64,000 nucleotides of DNA, taken from the NCBI RefSeq assembly GCF_045037415.1, contig NZ_CP173438.1. One strand, 5' to 3'. Below, piece after piece: positions 53,606 through 64,000 of this stretch (within the stretch, counting starts at the first letter, position 1; every line of letters starts with the position of its first letter). This DNA comes from Escherichia coli. GTDB lineage: Bacteria; Pseudomonadota; Gammaproteobacteria; Enterobacterales; Enterobacteriaceae. The position numbers and the translations under genes are program-made. The notes beneath the pieces are model-generated. The model was not told where the DNA came from and made no database searches. It saw nothing but the letters and a program-made list of their open reading frames with translations.

Positions 53606-55045
53606 CTACGACTGTAAATAAACCACCTGGGTCTGCAGATATTCATGCAAGCCATGTTTACCATCTGCGCCGCCAATACCGGATTTACGCCATCCAGCGT
53701 GGAAGCCTTGCATAGCTTCGAAGTTTTCACGGTTGATGTAAGTTTCACCAAACTTCAGCCCTTTAATGGCTTTCATCGCGACGTTCAGATTTTGGGTATA
53801 GATTGATGAGGTCAGGCCGTAATCACTGTCATTAGCCATTGAGATAGCCTCTTCCAGCGTGTCAAATGCGACCACCGGCAGAACCGGACCAAAGGTTTCC
53901 TCATGCATAATCGACATTTCCTGGCGAACATCCAGCAGCAATGTCGGCGGATAATAATATCCTTTCCCCTCTACCGCTTTGCCACCCAACGCCACTCTCG
54001 CCCCTTCTTCTACTGCGCGCGCCACTTTTTGCTCAACCCTTTCCAGCGCCGCGGCGTTAATCAACGGTCCCATCGCAATGTCGTTGCGTTCAGCAGGGTT
54101 ACCAAATTGAACCGCCTGCATCGCTTCACCCAGCCGATTGACGAACTGATCATAAATGCTTTTCTGTACATAAACACGTTCTGCACAGTTACACACTTGC
54201 CCACTATTAATGACGCGTGAATCAACGATGGCTTTGACTGCCAGTTCAATATCGGCATCGTCCATTACGATAGCCGGTGCTTTACCCCCCAATTCCAGGC
54301 ACACTTTGGTGATGTTTTTCGCCGCAGTCGCCATAATCTTTTCACCTGCAGAGACGCTGCCTGTCATACTGACCATTGCAACCTTTGGGTTACCCGCCAG
54401 TTCTTGCCCAACGTTTTCACCACGCCCGAGTACAAGGTTAAACACGCCGCGCGGAAGGCCTATTTCATCAACGATTTTGGCGAATGCAATCGCATTGTTT
54501 GGCGTAAATTCACTGGGTTTAATGACGATGGTATTACCGGTCAAAAGAGCGGGAGCCATTTTGCGGGCAATGAGGAAGAACGGAAAGTTCCACGGCAGAA
54601 TGCCGGTAGTCACGCCAAGCGCACGTTTAAACAGAAGGATATTTTCTCCTGGACGATCGCTTTGAATAATCTCGCCCTCGTAACGCCGTGCCCACTCCGC
54701 CATATAATCGATATAGTCCGCAGTAAAAGCCACTTCGACTTCAGCCAACTGCTGGATCTTGCCCCCTTCTTCGACAATCAGCGCACTGATTTCACTGGCA
54801 CGTTCCCGGATCCCGGCGGAGATTTTGCGCAACCAACTGGCGCGTTCAATAGCAGGCAACGCTTCCCATTCTGGTTGTGCACGTTCTGCTGCATCGATTG
54901 CCTTACGGGCATCCTCGGCCTGACCATCGGGAATGCGGGAAATGACAGCCTCTGTAGCAGGGTTAACCACATCAATCCATGCGTCTCCACGCCAGGTAAC
55001 AAACTGTCCATCGATATACATAGGATGTTGAACGGGTACTGACAT
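53606..55045 (-). CDS. aldA: Lactaldehyde/aldehyde dehydrogenase A (479 aa)
   Basis: ORF 53606..55045; ALDH motifs (ELGGKAP, GQVCNCAER). Confidence 0.92.
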   Translation of the reverse strand: MSVPVQHPMYIDGQFVTWRGDAWIDVVNPATEAVISRIPDGQAEDARKAIDAAERAQPEWEALPAIERASWLRKISAGIRERASEISALIVEEGGKIQQLAEVEVAFTADYIDYMAEWARRYEGEIIQSDRPGENILLFKRALGVTTGILPWNFPFFLIARKMAPALLTGNTIVIKPSEFTPNNAIAFAKIVDEIGLPRGVFNLVLGRGENVGQELAGNPKVAMVSMTGSVSAGEKIMATAAKNITKVCLELGGKAPAIVMDDADIELAVKAIVDSRVINSGQVCNCAERVYVQKSIYDQFVNRLGEAMQAVQFGNPAERNDIAMGPLINAAALERVEQKVARAVEEGARVALGGKAVEGKGYYYPPTLLLDVRQEMSIMHEETFGPVLPVVAFDTLEEAISMANDSDYGLTSSIYTQNLNVAMKAIKGLKFGETYINRENFEAMQGFHAGWRKSGIGGADGKHGLHEYLQTQVVYLQS

Positions 55046-55254
55046 GGGCGACTCCTGTGATTTGCATGTTTGTTTTTGGTAAATTTATTGTTAATTAACA
55101 TCAATCATCAGAGAGACGGCATCGTGAAAGGACAATTCTGTGAAGGGCTTCATAAAAACAAGTGTAAAAGGAATTAAAGGCAGAAATAAAAGGCAGAAAT
55201 AAAAGTCAGAAATCATGCCCGTTTGCAAACAAGTGGTTCACAAACGGGCAATTT

Positions 55255-56055
55255 TTAACGTAACGAGCGACTTTCCATCGCCTCGATGAGCACCGCATCA
55301 TGTTTCAGCGTTTGCCATGCCTGAATGACTTCTGCCGGAAAATCAACGTGAACGATAAAATCTCGCCCGCGGGGGCCGTAGCCATCGCTATCATCGCGTA
55401 AACGCGGCAGCTCGCCAGTGAGTAGCGATAGATAACGCTCAACCGGCCATAATCCTTGCAACGGATTAACAAAGATTACACTCTCTGCGTTATTTCCTAA
55501 CTGAGGAACGAATCCGGGATAACTTAACCAGCGTGGTGCATCGGGATTATCCCCGGTTATACGGCGGAACGTCGCCATCGTGCGCCGCTGCATGGTGGGG
55601 TCCTGAACAACGATAGCCGTATGAACTCGTTCTACAGCCTGATTCAATAACGCGATGCTAAAGCGTGCGTTTTCACCGCAGTTTGTTGACTGGTCTTCAA
55701 TCCAGATTTTTTCATGCGGAATATGCCAGAACTGATGAGCGATATCCGCCAGAATGGTAGCTTCTGCTCTGCCAGTGGTGCGGATAGTGTTGTAGTGCGG
55801 ATGCTGTGCGATGGCGCTATACAAAAAAGTTGTCGAGTGACCGATACCACCACTAATCAGTAAAGGAATTTGCTGATCGCGGGCAATCTTACATGCCGCA
55901 TCGATAGTCGGCATAACCGCATTGCCTGCAAGGATCACGCAATCGGCCTGATACGGCACCTCACCGGAGAAATCATCCTGCGCCAGCCACTGTCCGATAA
56001 CATTTATGGCATCTATGGTTGCCGGCGAAAGCGTCGGAAACGGGGTAATATTCAT
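55255..56055 (-). CDS. ydcF: DUF218-domain protein YdcF (266 aa)
   Basis: ORF 55255..56055. Confidence 0.85.
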   Translation of the reverse strand: MNITPFPTLSPATIDAINVIGQWLAQDDFSGEVPYQADCVILAGNAVMPTIDAACKIARDQQIPLLISGGIGHSTTFLYSAIAQHPHYNTIRTTGRAEATILADIAHQFWHIPHEKIWIEDQSTNCGENARFSIALLNQAVERVHTAIVVQDPTMQRRTMATFRRITGDNPDAPRWLSYPGFVPQLGNNAESVIFVNPLQGLWPVERYLSLLTGELPRLRDDSDGYGPRGRDFIVHVDFPAEVIQAWQTLKHDAVLIEAMESRSLR

Positions 56056-56327
56056 GGTTCCTCCTTATCGTTCCCTTAAGAATACTGCGTGAGATAATAG
56101 TGAGAAGCGGAGCACTCTGAAAGGAGGAAGTCGTATTTCCTGAACTGCCACTCCGCAAGCCTGACATATCTTTTAAGGAAATGCTGTAGATAAACATTAT
56201 TCATCTTGCAGCAGAGAATTGTATTTTTCTGAACTCCTGAATTTTTTCCCTTATCGTTTTTAGAATTAATAAAAAACCCGGCGCTAAATGCTTACCGGGT
56301 TTTAGATTTATCAGGCAAATAGCAGTG

Positions 56328-59300
56328 TTAACCGCTAATCTGCTCCATCGCCTGCAAAATACGCTTATCCGAAATCGGATAAGGCGTGCCAAGTTGTTGA
56401 GCGAAGTAACTAACGCGCAGCTCTTCTATCATCCAGCGGACCTCTTTCACGTCTTCATCCTCACGACGTGCAGGCGGTAGTTTGTTGATCCATTGCTGCC
56501 ACGCCTGCTGGACGTTTTCGACTTTCAGCATCTGAGCACGGTCGCGATGTGGATCGACCGCCAGTTTTTCCAGTCGTTTTTCAATTGCCTGCAAATATCG
56601 CAGCGTGTCGCCCAGTCGTTTGAAGCCGTTACCAGTGACAAAACCGCGATACACCAGCCCGCCCATCTGCGCTTTAATGTCAGAAAGCCCCAGCGCCATG
56701 GTCATATCCACCCGCCCTTTCAGACGTTTGTTGATATTGAACACCGCAGTGAGGATTTGCTCGACCTGCTTCGCAATATCCACCACCGTGTCGTTCAGTT
56801 CAGCACGGACTTTTTCATGCAGCGCAGCAAAGCCTTCTTCCGTCCAGACCGGGCCACCATTGGCGTCGATCAGTTGATCCACACCGCAGGAGATACAGTC
56901 ATCGATCAGCTCCAGCACTTTGCCATACGGGTTAAAGTACAGCCCCAGCTTGGCTTTGTTTGGCAGCTTTTCGTGCAAGTACTTGATCGGCGATGGAATA
57001 TTTAGCAGCAGTAAACGGCGAAGACCGTTCCACATTGCCTGCTTCTGTTCCAGCGGGTTATCAAACAGTTTGATCGCTACGCTGTCACGCTCATCCACCA
57101 GCGCCGGCCAAGCCTTCACTTTGTAGTTGCCGCGCTTCTGCTCGTAGCTTTCCGGCAGTTGACCAAAACTCCAGATATGTAAACCGCTCTGCTCGATACC
57201 GTCATCCGCCACGGCAGACAGCGTTTCCTGCACTTTGCCTTTCAGGGCGTCTTTCAGATCCTGTAATGAGCGCCCTTCTTTTAGCTTCTTGTTTTTGTCA
57301 TCCACCACGCGGAAGGTGATTTTCAGGTGATCGGGCACCTGATCCCAGTGCCAGTCTTCGCGGTCAACGGTGACGCCAGTCATCCGCCGAAGCTCTCGTT
57401 CAAGGCTGTCGAGCAACGGCAATTCCAGCGGTGTGACGCGGCCTAAAAACGCTTCGGCATAGTTTGGCGCAGGTACAAAATTACGGCGTACCGGCTTCGG
57501 CAACGATTTAATCAGGGCGATGATCAGCTCACGGCGCAGGCCGGGGATCTGCCACTCAAACCCGCTCTCCTCAACCTGGTTAAGCAGCGGCAGCGGAATA
57601 TGTACGGTCACGCCGTCAGCATCTGCCCCCGGCTCAAACTGATAACTCAAACGCAGCTTGAGATTGCCCTGATGCCAGAAGTTCGGGTAATCCAGCTTGC
57701 TGATTTTTTCCGCCCCTTCTTTGATCAACATGCTCTTTTCAAAGTTGAGCAAATCAGGCGTTTCGCGGCTGACTTTTTTCCACCAACTGTCGAAATGGCG
57801 TGCAGAGATCACATCGTGACTGATGCGCTGGTCGTAGAACTCAAACAACGTTTCGTCATCCACCAGAATATCGCGGCGACGAGTTTTGTGTTCCAGCTCT
57901 TCTACTTCCGCCCGTAGTTTCAGGTTTTCGCGGAAGAATGCGTGACGCGTCTGCCAGTCACCTTCCACCAGCGCGTGGCGAATAAAGAGTTCACGACATA
58001 ACGCCGGATCGATCTGGCTGTAGTTGACCTTGCGCGCGGCAACAATCGGCAAACCATAAACAGTGACTTTTTCCGTTGCCATCACCGCGCCCTGCGCCCG
58101 TTCCCAGTGCGGTTCGCTGTAGGTGCGTTTAATCAAATGCTGAGCAACTGGCTCCACCCATTCCGGGTCGATCCGCGCAGCAATGCGCCCCCACAGGCGG
58201 CTGGTTTCTACCAGTTCCGCCACCATTACCCATTTCGGCGGCTTTTTGAATAAACCAGAACCGGGGAAGATGGAGAAACGCGCGTTACGTGCGCCGGTAT
58301 ATTCTTGTTTATCGGCATCTTTCATGCCGATATGCGAAAGCAAACCGGTCAGCAACGCAATGTGAATTTCGCGATAATCCGCCGGTTCGCTGTTAACCGG
58401 AATGCCAAGTTCTTTCACCACCTGGCGCAACTGGGTGTAGATATCCTGCCATTCGCGCACGCGCAGATAGTTGAGATAATCGGTACGACACAGGCGACGG
58501 AAGGCGTTTGAAGAAAGCGCCTTTTGCTGCTCGCCAAGATAATTCCACAGATTCACAAATGCCAGGAAGTCAGACTCTTTGTCGTGGAAGCGACGATGTT
58601 TTTCGTCAGCTGCCTGCTGTTTATCCATCGGACGCTCGCGCGGATCCTGAATGGAGAGCGCGGACGTGATAATCATCGCCTCACGCACGCAGCCATGTTT
58701 TTGCGCTTCCAGCACCATACGCGCCAGACGTGGGTCGACAGGCAACTGCGAGAGCTGACGACCGAGCGGCGTCAGTTTATAAGCACTTTGCTGTTCATCA
58801 GTGGTGATCGCGCCCAGTTCTTCGAGCAGACGCACGCCATCCTGGATATTGCGTTTATCCGGTGCTTCGACAAACGGGAATGCGGCGATATCGCCCAAGC
58901 CCAGTGCGGTCATCTGCAAAATAACCGAGGCCAGGTTGGTACGCAGAATCTCCGGATCGGTAAACTCCGGGCGCGAAAGGAAATCGTCTTCGGAATAGAG
59001 ACGAATACAGATCCCTTCGGACACACGACCACAGCGGCCTTTACGCTGATTAGCTGAAGCCTGCGAAATTGGCTCAATCGGCAAACGCTGCACTTTGGTG
59101 CGATAGCTGTAGCGGCTGATACGCGCTGTACCTGGGTCGATAACGTATTTAATACCCGGTACGGTCAGCGAGGTTTCCGCGACGTTGGTCGCCAGTACAA
59201 TGCGTCGCCCGCTGTGCGACTGGAACACGCGGTTCTGTTCGCTGTTGGAAAGCCGTGCATAAAGCGGCAAGATTTCGGTATGGCGTAAGTTCAGCTTGTT

Positions 59301-60230
59301 CAGCGCATCGGCGGTATCGCGAATTTCTCGCTCGCCGCTCATAAAGATCAGAATGTCGCCAGGGCTTTCCTGGCTCAGTTCGTCTACGGCGTCAAAAATC
59401 GCCTGCAACTGATCGCGCTCGGTATCATCGGCTTCTTCAACAATCGGGCGATAGCGCACTTCCACCGGATAGGTCCGACCGGAGACTTCGATAATCGGCG
59501 CATTATTAAAGTGGCGCGAAAAGCGTTCCGGGTCGATAGTCGCGGAAGTGATAATGATTTTTAGGTCAGGACGCCGCGGCAGCAACTCTTTCAAATAGCC
59601 GAGCAGAAAATCGATATTCAGGCTGCGTTCGTGCGCTTCGTCAATAATGATGGTGTCGTACTGCATCAGCAGGCGGTCTTGCTGGATCTCCGCCAGCAGG
59701 ATACCGTCGGTCATCAGCTTGACCATCGTGTTATCACTGACGTGATCGCTGAAACGCACTTTGTAACCGATGCAACCGCCCGGCTCCGTTTTTAGCTCTT
59801 CCGCAATACGGTTCGCCACCGTTCGCGCCGCCAGCCGACGCGGCTGGGTATGGCCGATCAGCCCTTTAATCCCGCGCCCCAGCTCCATACAGATTTTCGG
59901 TAGCTGAGTCGTTTTACCGGAACCCGTTTCCCCGGCGACGATCACCACCTGGTGGTCACGAATCGCTTCGAGAATGTCCTGCTTTTTCTGACTAACCGGC
60001 AAATTGTCCGGGTAAGTAATCTCCGGTCGTGCCGCTTCACGCAGCAGGACTTTCCCTGCCGCATGGTCAATCTCTTTCGCCATCTCCTGGAAAATGGCCT
60101 GTTGTGCATCAGGATTTTTAACCTTCTTCACACCGTGCAGACGGCGAGAAAAACGCAATCTGTCACGCAGCATCAACGAATCCAGCCGCTGCTGCAAGGC
60201 AGTAAAGGTCAATTTTTGTTGTTCTGTCAT
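56328..60230 (-). CDS. hrpA: ATP-dependent RNA helicase HrpA, DEAH-box (1300 aa)
   Basis: ORF 56328..60230; Walker A GETGSGKTTQ, DEAH box IIDEAHERS. Confidence 0.93.
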   Translation of the reverse strand: MTEQQKLTFTALQQRLDSLMLRDRLRFSRRLHGVKKVKNPDAQQAIFQEMAKEIDHAAGKVLLREAARPEITYPDNLPVSQKKQDILEAIRDHQVVIVAGETGSGKTTQLPKICMELGRGIKGLIGHTQPRRLAARTVANRIAEELKTEPGGCIGYKVRFSDHVSDNTMVKLMTDGILLAEIQQDRLLMQYDTIIIDEAHERSLNIDFLLGYLKELLPRRPDLKIIITSATIDPERFSRHFNNAPIIEVSGRTYPVEVRYRPIVEEADDTERDQLQAIFDAVDELSQESPGDILIFMSGEREIRDTADALNKLNLRHTEILPLYARLSNSEQNRVFQSHSGRRIVLATNVAETSLTVPGIKYVIDPGTARISRYSYRTKVQRLPIEPISQASANQRKGRCGRVSEGICIRLYSEDDFLSRPEFTDPEILRTNLASVILQMTALGLGDIAAFPFVEAPDKRNIQDGVRLLEELGAITTDEQQSAYKLTPLGRQLSQLPVDPRLARMVLEAQKHGCVREAMIITSALSIQDPRERPMDKQQAADEKHRRFHDKESDFLAFVNLWNYLGEQQKALSSNAFRRLCRTDYLNYLRVREWQDIYTQLRQVVKELGIPVNSEPADYREIHIALLTGLLSHIGMKDADKQEYTGARNARFSIFPGSGLFKKPPKWVMVAELVETSRLWGRIAARIDPEWVEPVAQHLIKRTYSEPHWERAQGAVMATEKVTVYGLPIVAARKVNYSQIDPALCRELFIRHALVEGDWQTRHAFFRENLKLRAEVEELEHKTRRRDILVDDETLFEFYDQRISHDVISARHFDSWWKKVSRETPDLLNFEKSMLIKEGAEKISKLDYPNFWHQGNLKLRLSYQFEPGADADGVTVHIPLPLLNQVEESGFEWQIPGLRRELIIALIKSLPKPVRRNFVPAPNYAEAFLGRVTPLELPLLDSLERELRRMTGVTVDREDWHWDQVPDHLKITFRVVDDKNKKLKEGRSLQDLKDALKGKVQETLSAVADDGIEQSGLHIWSFGQLPESYEQKRGNYKVKAWPALVDERDSVAIKLFDNPLEQKQAMWNGLRRLLLLNIPSPIKYLHEKLPNKAKLGLYFNPYGKVLELIDDCISCGVDQLIDANGGPVWTEEGFAALHEKVRAELNDTVVDIAKQVEQILTAVFNINKRLKGRVDMTMALGLSDIKAQMGGLVYRGFVTGNGFKRLGDTLRYLQAIEKRLEKLAVDPHRDRAQMLKVENVQQAWQQWINKLPPARREDEDVKEVRWMIEELRVSYFAQQLGTPYPISDKRILQAMEQISG

Positions 60231-60421
60231 AACGTTAGTGGGCAGTAGGCTGCCTGATTAATTTTCTTTTAAATGATAGATATAGAGTACCACATCGCAG
60301 CTTTCTATGCGTTGTTCAATAAATTCGAACATAGGCTTCGATTTATTGCGCTATCTCTGTGGCAGGATTGTGAATAAAGTGTCAACAAGCAACGGGGCAT
60401 TGCCCATTCAAATATCTATAA

Positions 60422-61036
<615 letters not shown>

Positions 61037-61047
61037 GATTTATGATG

Positions 61048-61077
61048 CCTCCCACGAAAGTGGGAGGTTTTTTATTT
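61048..61077 (+). terminator. Intrinsic terminator after azoR
   Basis: stem cctcccac/gtgggagg with gaaa loop followed by tttttattt. Confidence 0.7.
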
Positions 61078-61942
61078 AACCCGCCTTTTGCGCAATACTG
61101 TCCAGCGTTGCCAGCACGTCATCCGTTAGCACTAATTCATCGGACGCCATATTCTCCCGCAGATGCCCCACCGAAGAGGTGCCAGGAATCAGCAAAATAT
61201 TCGGTGAACGCTGTAACAGCCACGCCAGCGCCACCTGCATTGGTGTCGCATTAAGGCTTGTAGCAACATCGGAAAGCGTGGAGGATTGCAGCGGCGTAAA
61301 GCCCCCGAGCGGGAAGAACGGCACGTAGGCAATGCCATCACGAGCCAAAGCATCAATCATTGCGTCATCAGCACGGTGGGCAATGTTGTATTCGTTCTGC
61401 ACGCAGACGATTTCGGCAATCTTTCGCGCCTCTGCAACCTGCGTCGGTGTGACGTTACTCAGGCCAAGATGTTTTACCAGACCTTGTTGTTGCATCTCCG
61501 CCAGCACTGTCAGGCTGGCCTCAATCGATCCTTCCGCTGGGCCATGACCATCCCCCATCATAACGCGCAGGTTAACCACATCCAGTACGTCCAGGCCGAG
61601 ATTACGTAGATTATCGTGTACCGCTTTTTGCAGCTCTGCCGGAGAAAATGCGGGTAACCAGGATGCGTCCTCTCCACGCCGCGCACCAATTTTAGTGACA
61701 ATTGTCAGGTCGTCAGAGTAAGGATAAAGCGCTTCGCGGATAATCTGATTGGTGACGTGCGGACCATAAAAGTCGCTGGTATCAATATGATTGACGCCCA
61801 ATGCCAGCGCCTCGCGCAGCACGGTTATAGCGACGTGGCGATCTCTTGGGGGGCCAAAAACCCCAGGACCAGCCAGTTGCATCGCGCCATAACCAAGACG
61901 GTTAACGGATTTTGTACCGAGAGTAAATGTGTTGCTGCTCAT
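61076..61942 (-). CDS. ydbC: Aldo/keto reductase family oxidoreductase (288 aa)
   Basis: ORF 61076..61942. Confidence 0.83.
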   Translation of the reverse strand: MSSNTFTLGTKSVNRLGYGAMQLAGPGVFGPPRDRHVAITVLREALALGVNHIDTSDFYGPHVTNQIIREALYPYSDDLTIVTKIGARRGEDASWLPAFSPAELQKAVHDNLRNLGLDVLDVVNLRVMMGDGHGPAEGSIEASLTVLAEMQQQGLVKHLGLSNVTPTQVAEARKIAEIVCVQNEYNIAHRADDAMIDALARDGIAYVPFFPLGGFTPLQSSTLSDVATSLNATPMQVALAWLLQRSPNILLIPGTSSVGHLRENMASDELVLTDDVLATLDSIAQKAG

Positions 61943-62161
61943 CGCACCCTGCCCTGTAATAAAACGGATTAAGAAAAATCAGTATAGAAACGAAAAGAGA
62001 TAAATAATGCGAGGGTGTAAACAAGATTGCGGGATGAGTTGTACTGTTGCCCTGAAAGACACGAAACCCCAGGCAGGTTAAGACACGTCAAGCACCGCAT
62101 CCGGCAATAAAAAAACCGCAACCTGTATCAGCGTTGCGGTTTATGCATTACATGCTAAAAA

Positions 62162-64000
62162 TTAGAACGTTTTCTTGAAGTTTAGCATCACACCTTTATC
62201 ACTGATGCCGTCTTCTTTCCAGTGGAATGCATCTACCTGCAACGCACTTTCCTGGCTGCTGTATTTCACACCCATTGTCGCCAGGCTGTTGAAACCACCA
62301 CCATTCTGACCATCATCAATGTTGAAACGCTGGCTTCCCGCGCCCGAAACGCTCGCAGTTCGCTGGCTTTTCACATAGCTCAGGTTCGGGCCGCCTTCCA
62401 GCGTGGCGTTCGCACTCCAGCCGTCCTTACCGGCATAGTCCAGTTTCAGCCCAACAATGCTGTCCACTGCCGTTTCGCTACCGCTGTTCATGCTCAGGTT
62501 AAAGTCACCCGCATTGCGTTCCTGATAGCCACCCTCCAGTGTGTGACGCAGTTTAACCCCGGCATATGGCGTGACGTTCAGCCCTTCACGCAGCTCAAAG
62601 GTTTTCGCCCCTTCACTACGGAACTCCAGGTACTGTTGTTTCACATTAGCATCGGCTGTTTTATTGATATCGCCGTACGCTACCGAGCGGCTGCTGTCGA
62701 GCTGGTGCACATCATAACGCAGGGCGTTATTCCAGTTCATACCGTTGTCAAAGGCCATCTGGTGTTTCAGACCGAAGAACTGGCTGTAACCGCCTGTCAC
62801 TCCGTTATCGCCTGCGGTATCTGAACCATTACCCTCCAGACGCGCAATCCCGTATTCCAGACTCAGGTTCTGATGTTCAGTCAGCGTCAGAGATTTACGC
62901 AGCGCCATCATGTCGTACTGTGTGTCGTTACCCAGTTCAGCACGCGGGTCGCCTTTCGCTACCACGTTGAAGGCCAGACCGTTTGCGACTTCCGGTGCTG
63001 CATCGGACAACATGCTGAAGCGGTTACTTAACACTCGTGCTTCATTGAATACCGTTGTTGCCTGGCTGCCGCTGACCTGTTTCAGCGCACTGTTCAGTTC
63101 CGCCGTGGTGCCTACGTTCAGGCTGCTGTACAACTCGTTGTTGGTATAGCCCGCATCCAGTACCTGCGCGACGGTGTTAACAGATGAATCTGTTGCTACA
63201 TCGGTGTAGGCATTTTTAGTCATCGTGACATCAACGTTGCCGCTGGCGTCAGTAGTGCCTTGCGCGTTCCATACCACAGAGGTCGATGTAATCGTCTCTG
63301 CGTCGGTCAGATTACTGCCCTGAACGACGTTGTCGAAGGTCACGGAGGTGGAGCTGGTTCCAGCCGTAAATCCGGTGTTAACAGAAACCCCTTTCAGGCT
63401 TGCATTGTTCACTTTCAGCTTGCCGGCACTGCCGTCAGAACTGGTTCCTACAACATAACCATTCAGTTTGTTCTGGCTTCCGTCACTGGACGGGGTGCTG
63501 GCCGCAACAGAAACCGACGAGCCAGGTACATCAGGCAAAGTGTAATCAGCATAATGCACTTCGCTATTGTTACCGTTATTGCCGTTCACACCTTCAATGT
63601 TAACGCTGTCACCTTGCTTGATTAGCCCGGAACCTGTCACTCCATCGGCAATAGTCACTGTGCCGTTGTTCACGAGGTGGCCTACGGAACCCAACATGCT
63701 AAATGCAAAGGAGTTGTTGGCGTAAATGTTGATGGCGCCATTGTTCTCAATGACCGCATCAGCTGTCGTGCCGCTGTCCAGTTGCATCCCGATCATGCCC
63801 GTGTCGGTCGTGCCCGACGTTCCGAGGTTGATCGTGCCGTTGTTAACCAGTCGTGCGTTTTTATCCCCTTCCATCGCAATAGCGTTATTACCGCTAATAT
63901 TCATGGTGCCGTCATTCTGCGCAACGTAATTGCTGTGAATGAATTTCACTGCAACGCCGCTGTCTTTATCAAAATTGACGACCCCATTGCTCTGGTTCCA
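62162..64000 (-). CDS. ydbA: Autotransporter-type outer membrane protein (YdbA-like), C-terminal part; 5' end lies beyond the window
   Basis: ORF 62162..63949 stays open in frame to 64000; Gly/Thr/Asn-rich passenger repeats and C-terminal beta-domain ending ...LNFKKTF. Confidence 0.75.
   Translation of the reverse strand, partial: WNQSNGVVNFDKDSGVAVKFIHSNYVAQNDGTMNISGNNAIAMEGDKNARLVNNGTINLGTSGTTDTGMIGMQLDSGTTADAVIENNGAINIYANNSFAFSMLGSVGHLVNNGTVTIADGVTGSGLIKQGDSVNIEGVNGNNGNNSEVHYADYTLPDVPGSSVSVAASTPSSDGSQNKLNGYVVGTSSDGSAGKLKVNNASLKGVSVNTGFTAGTSSTSVTFDNVVQGSNLTDAETITSTSVVWNAQGTTDASGNVDVTMTKNAYTDVATDSSVNTVAQVLDAGYTNNELYSSLNVGTTAELNSALKQVSGSQATTVFNEARVLSNRFSMLSDAAPEVANGLAFNVVAKGDPRAELGNDTQYDMMALRKSLTLTEHQNLSLEYGIARLEGNGSDTAGDNGVTGGYSQFFGLKHQMAFDNGMNWNNALRYDVHQLDSSRSVAYGDINKTADANVKQQYLEFRSEGAKTFELREGLNVTPYAGVKLRHTLEGGYQERNAGDFNLSMNSGSETAVDSIVGLKLDYAGKDGWSANATLEGGPNLSYVKSQRTASVSGAGSQRFNIDDGQNGGGFNSLATMGVKYSSQESALQVDAFHWKEDGISDKGVMLNFKKTF

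Noticed and set aside
54210-59057. Plus-strand ORFs inside aldA and hrpA (e.g. 54404..55042, 56493..57005, 58524..59057)
   Set aside because: Antisense to long, highly recognisable genes.
62222-63625. Plus-strand ORFs inside the autotransporter gene
   Set aside because: Antisense to the ydbA-like gene; repetitive low-complexity translations.

Overview
Enterobacterial (Escherichia coli-type) chromosomal segment of about 64 kb carrying roughly 60 protein-coding genes, almost all recognisable housekeeping or conserved y-genes. Gene identities were assigned by reading the ORF translations and recognising them from memory; no database search was run. The gene order is collinear, in inverted orientation, with the K-12 region maeA-adhP-yddM-fdnGHI-yddG-narUZYWV-yddE-nhoA-yddH ... 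ansP-yncED-yncA-ydcZYX-patD-ydcSTUV-ydcR-yncJ-ydcP-ydcN-ydcO-ydcL-tehBA-ydcK-rimL-ydcH-mdoD-ydcJ-ydcI-hokB-ydcA-rydC-cybB-gapC-aldA-ydcF-hrpA-azoR-ydbC-ydbA. No rRNA, tRNA, CRISPR array, prophage or defence island was found. The most interesting content is a set of toxin-antitoxin-type loci, several of them decayed: a frameshifted HigB-like toxin immediately upstream of the HigA-like yddM (not in the ORF track because each half is under 60 aa), a 5'-truncated hicB-like remnant with no hicA, an intact hokB/mokB type I locus, and ortT with the divergent small protein gene yncL. Other gene remnants are a 5'-truncated chemoreceptor (trg-like) fragment and a possible mcbR-like fragment. An H-repeat (ISAs1-family) transposase sits beside a 0.76 kb AT-rich non-coding segment where K-12, as I recall it, carries pptA and the RhsE element. 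Further differences from K-12 as recalled: gapC is an intact 333-codon ORF, narU abuts yddG, azoR abuts ydbC, and no IS element lies between ydcL and ydcO. Regulatory and RNA features supported by sequence include the fdnG in-frame UGA (selenocysteine) with its downstream SECIS region, Tat signal peptides, a Fur-box-like site between yncE and yncD, FNR/NarL-like sites upstream of fdnG, the RydC sRNA, REP elements and several intrinsic terminators.
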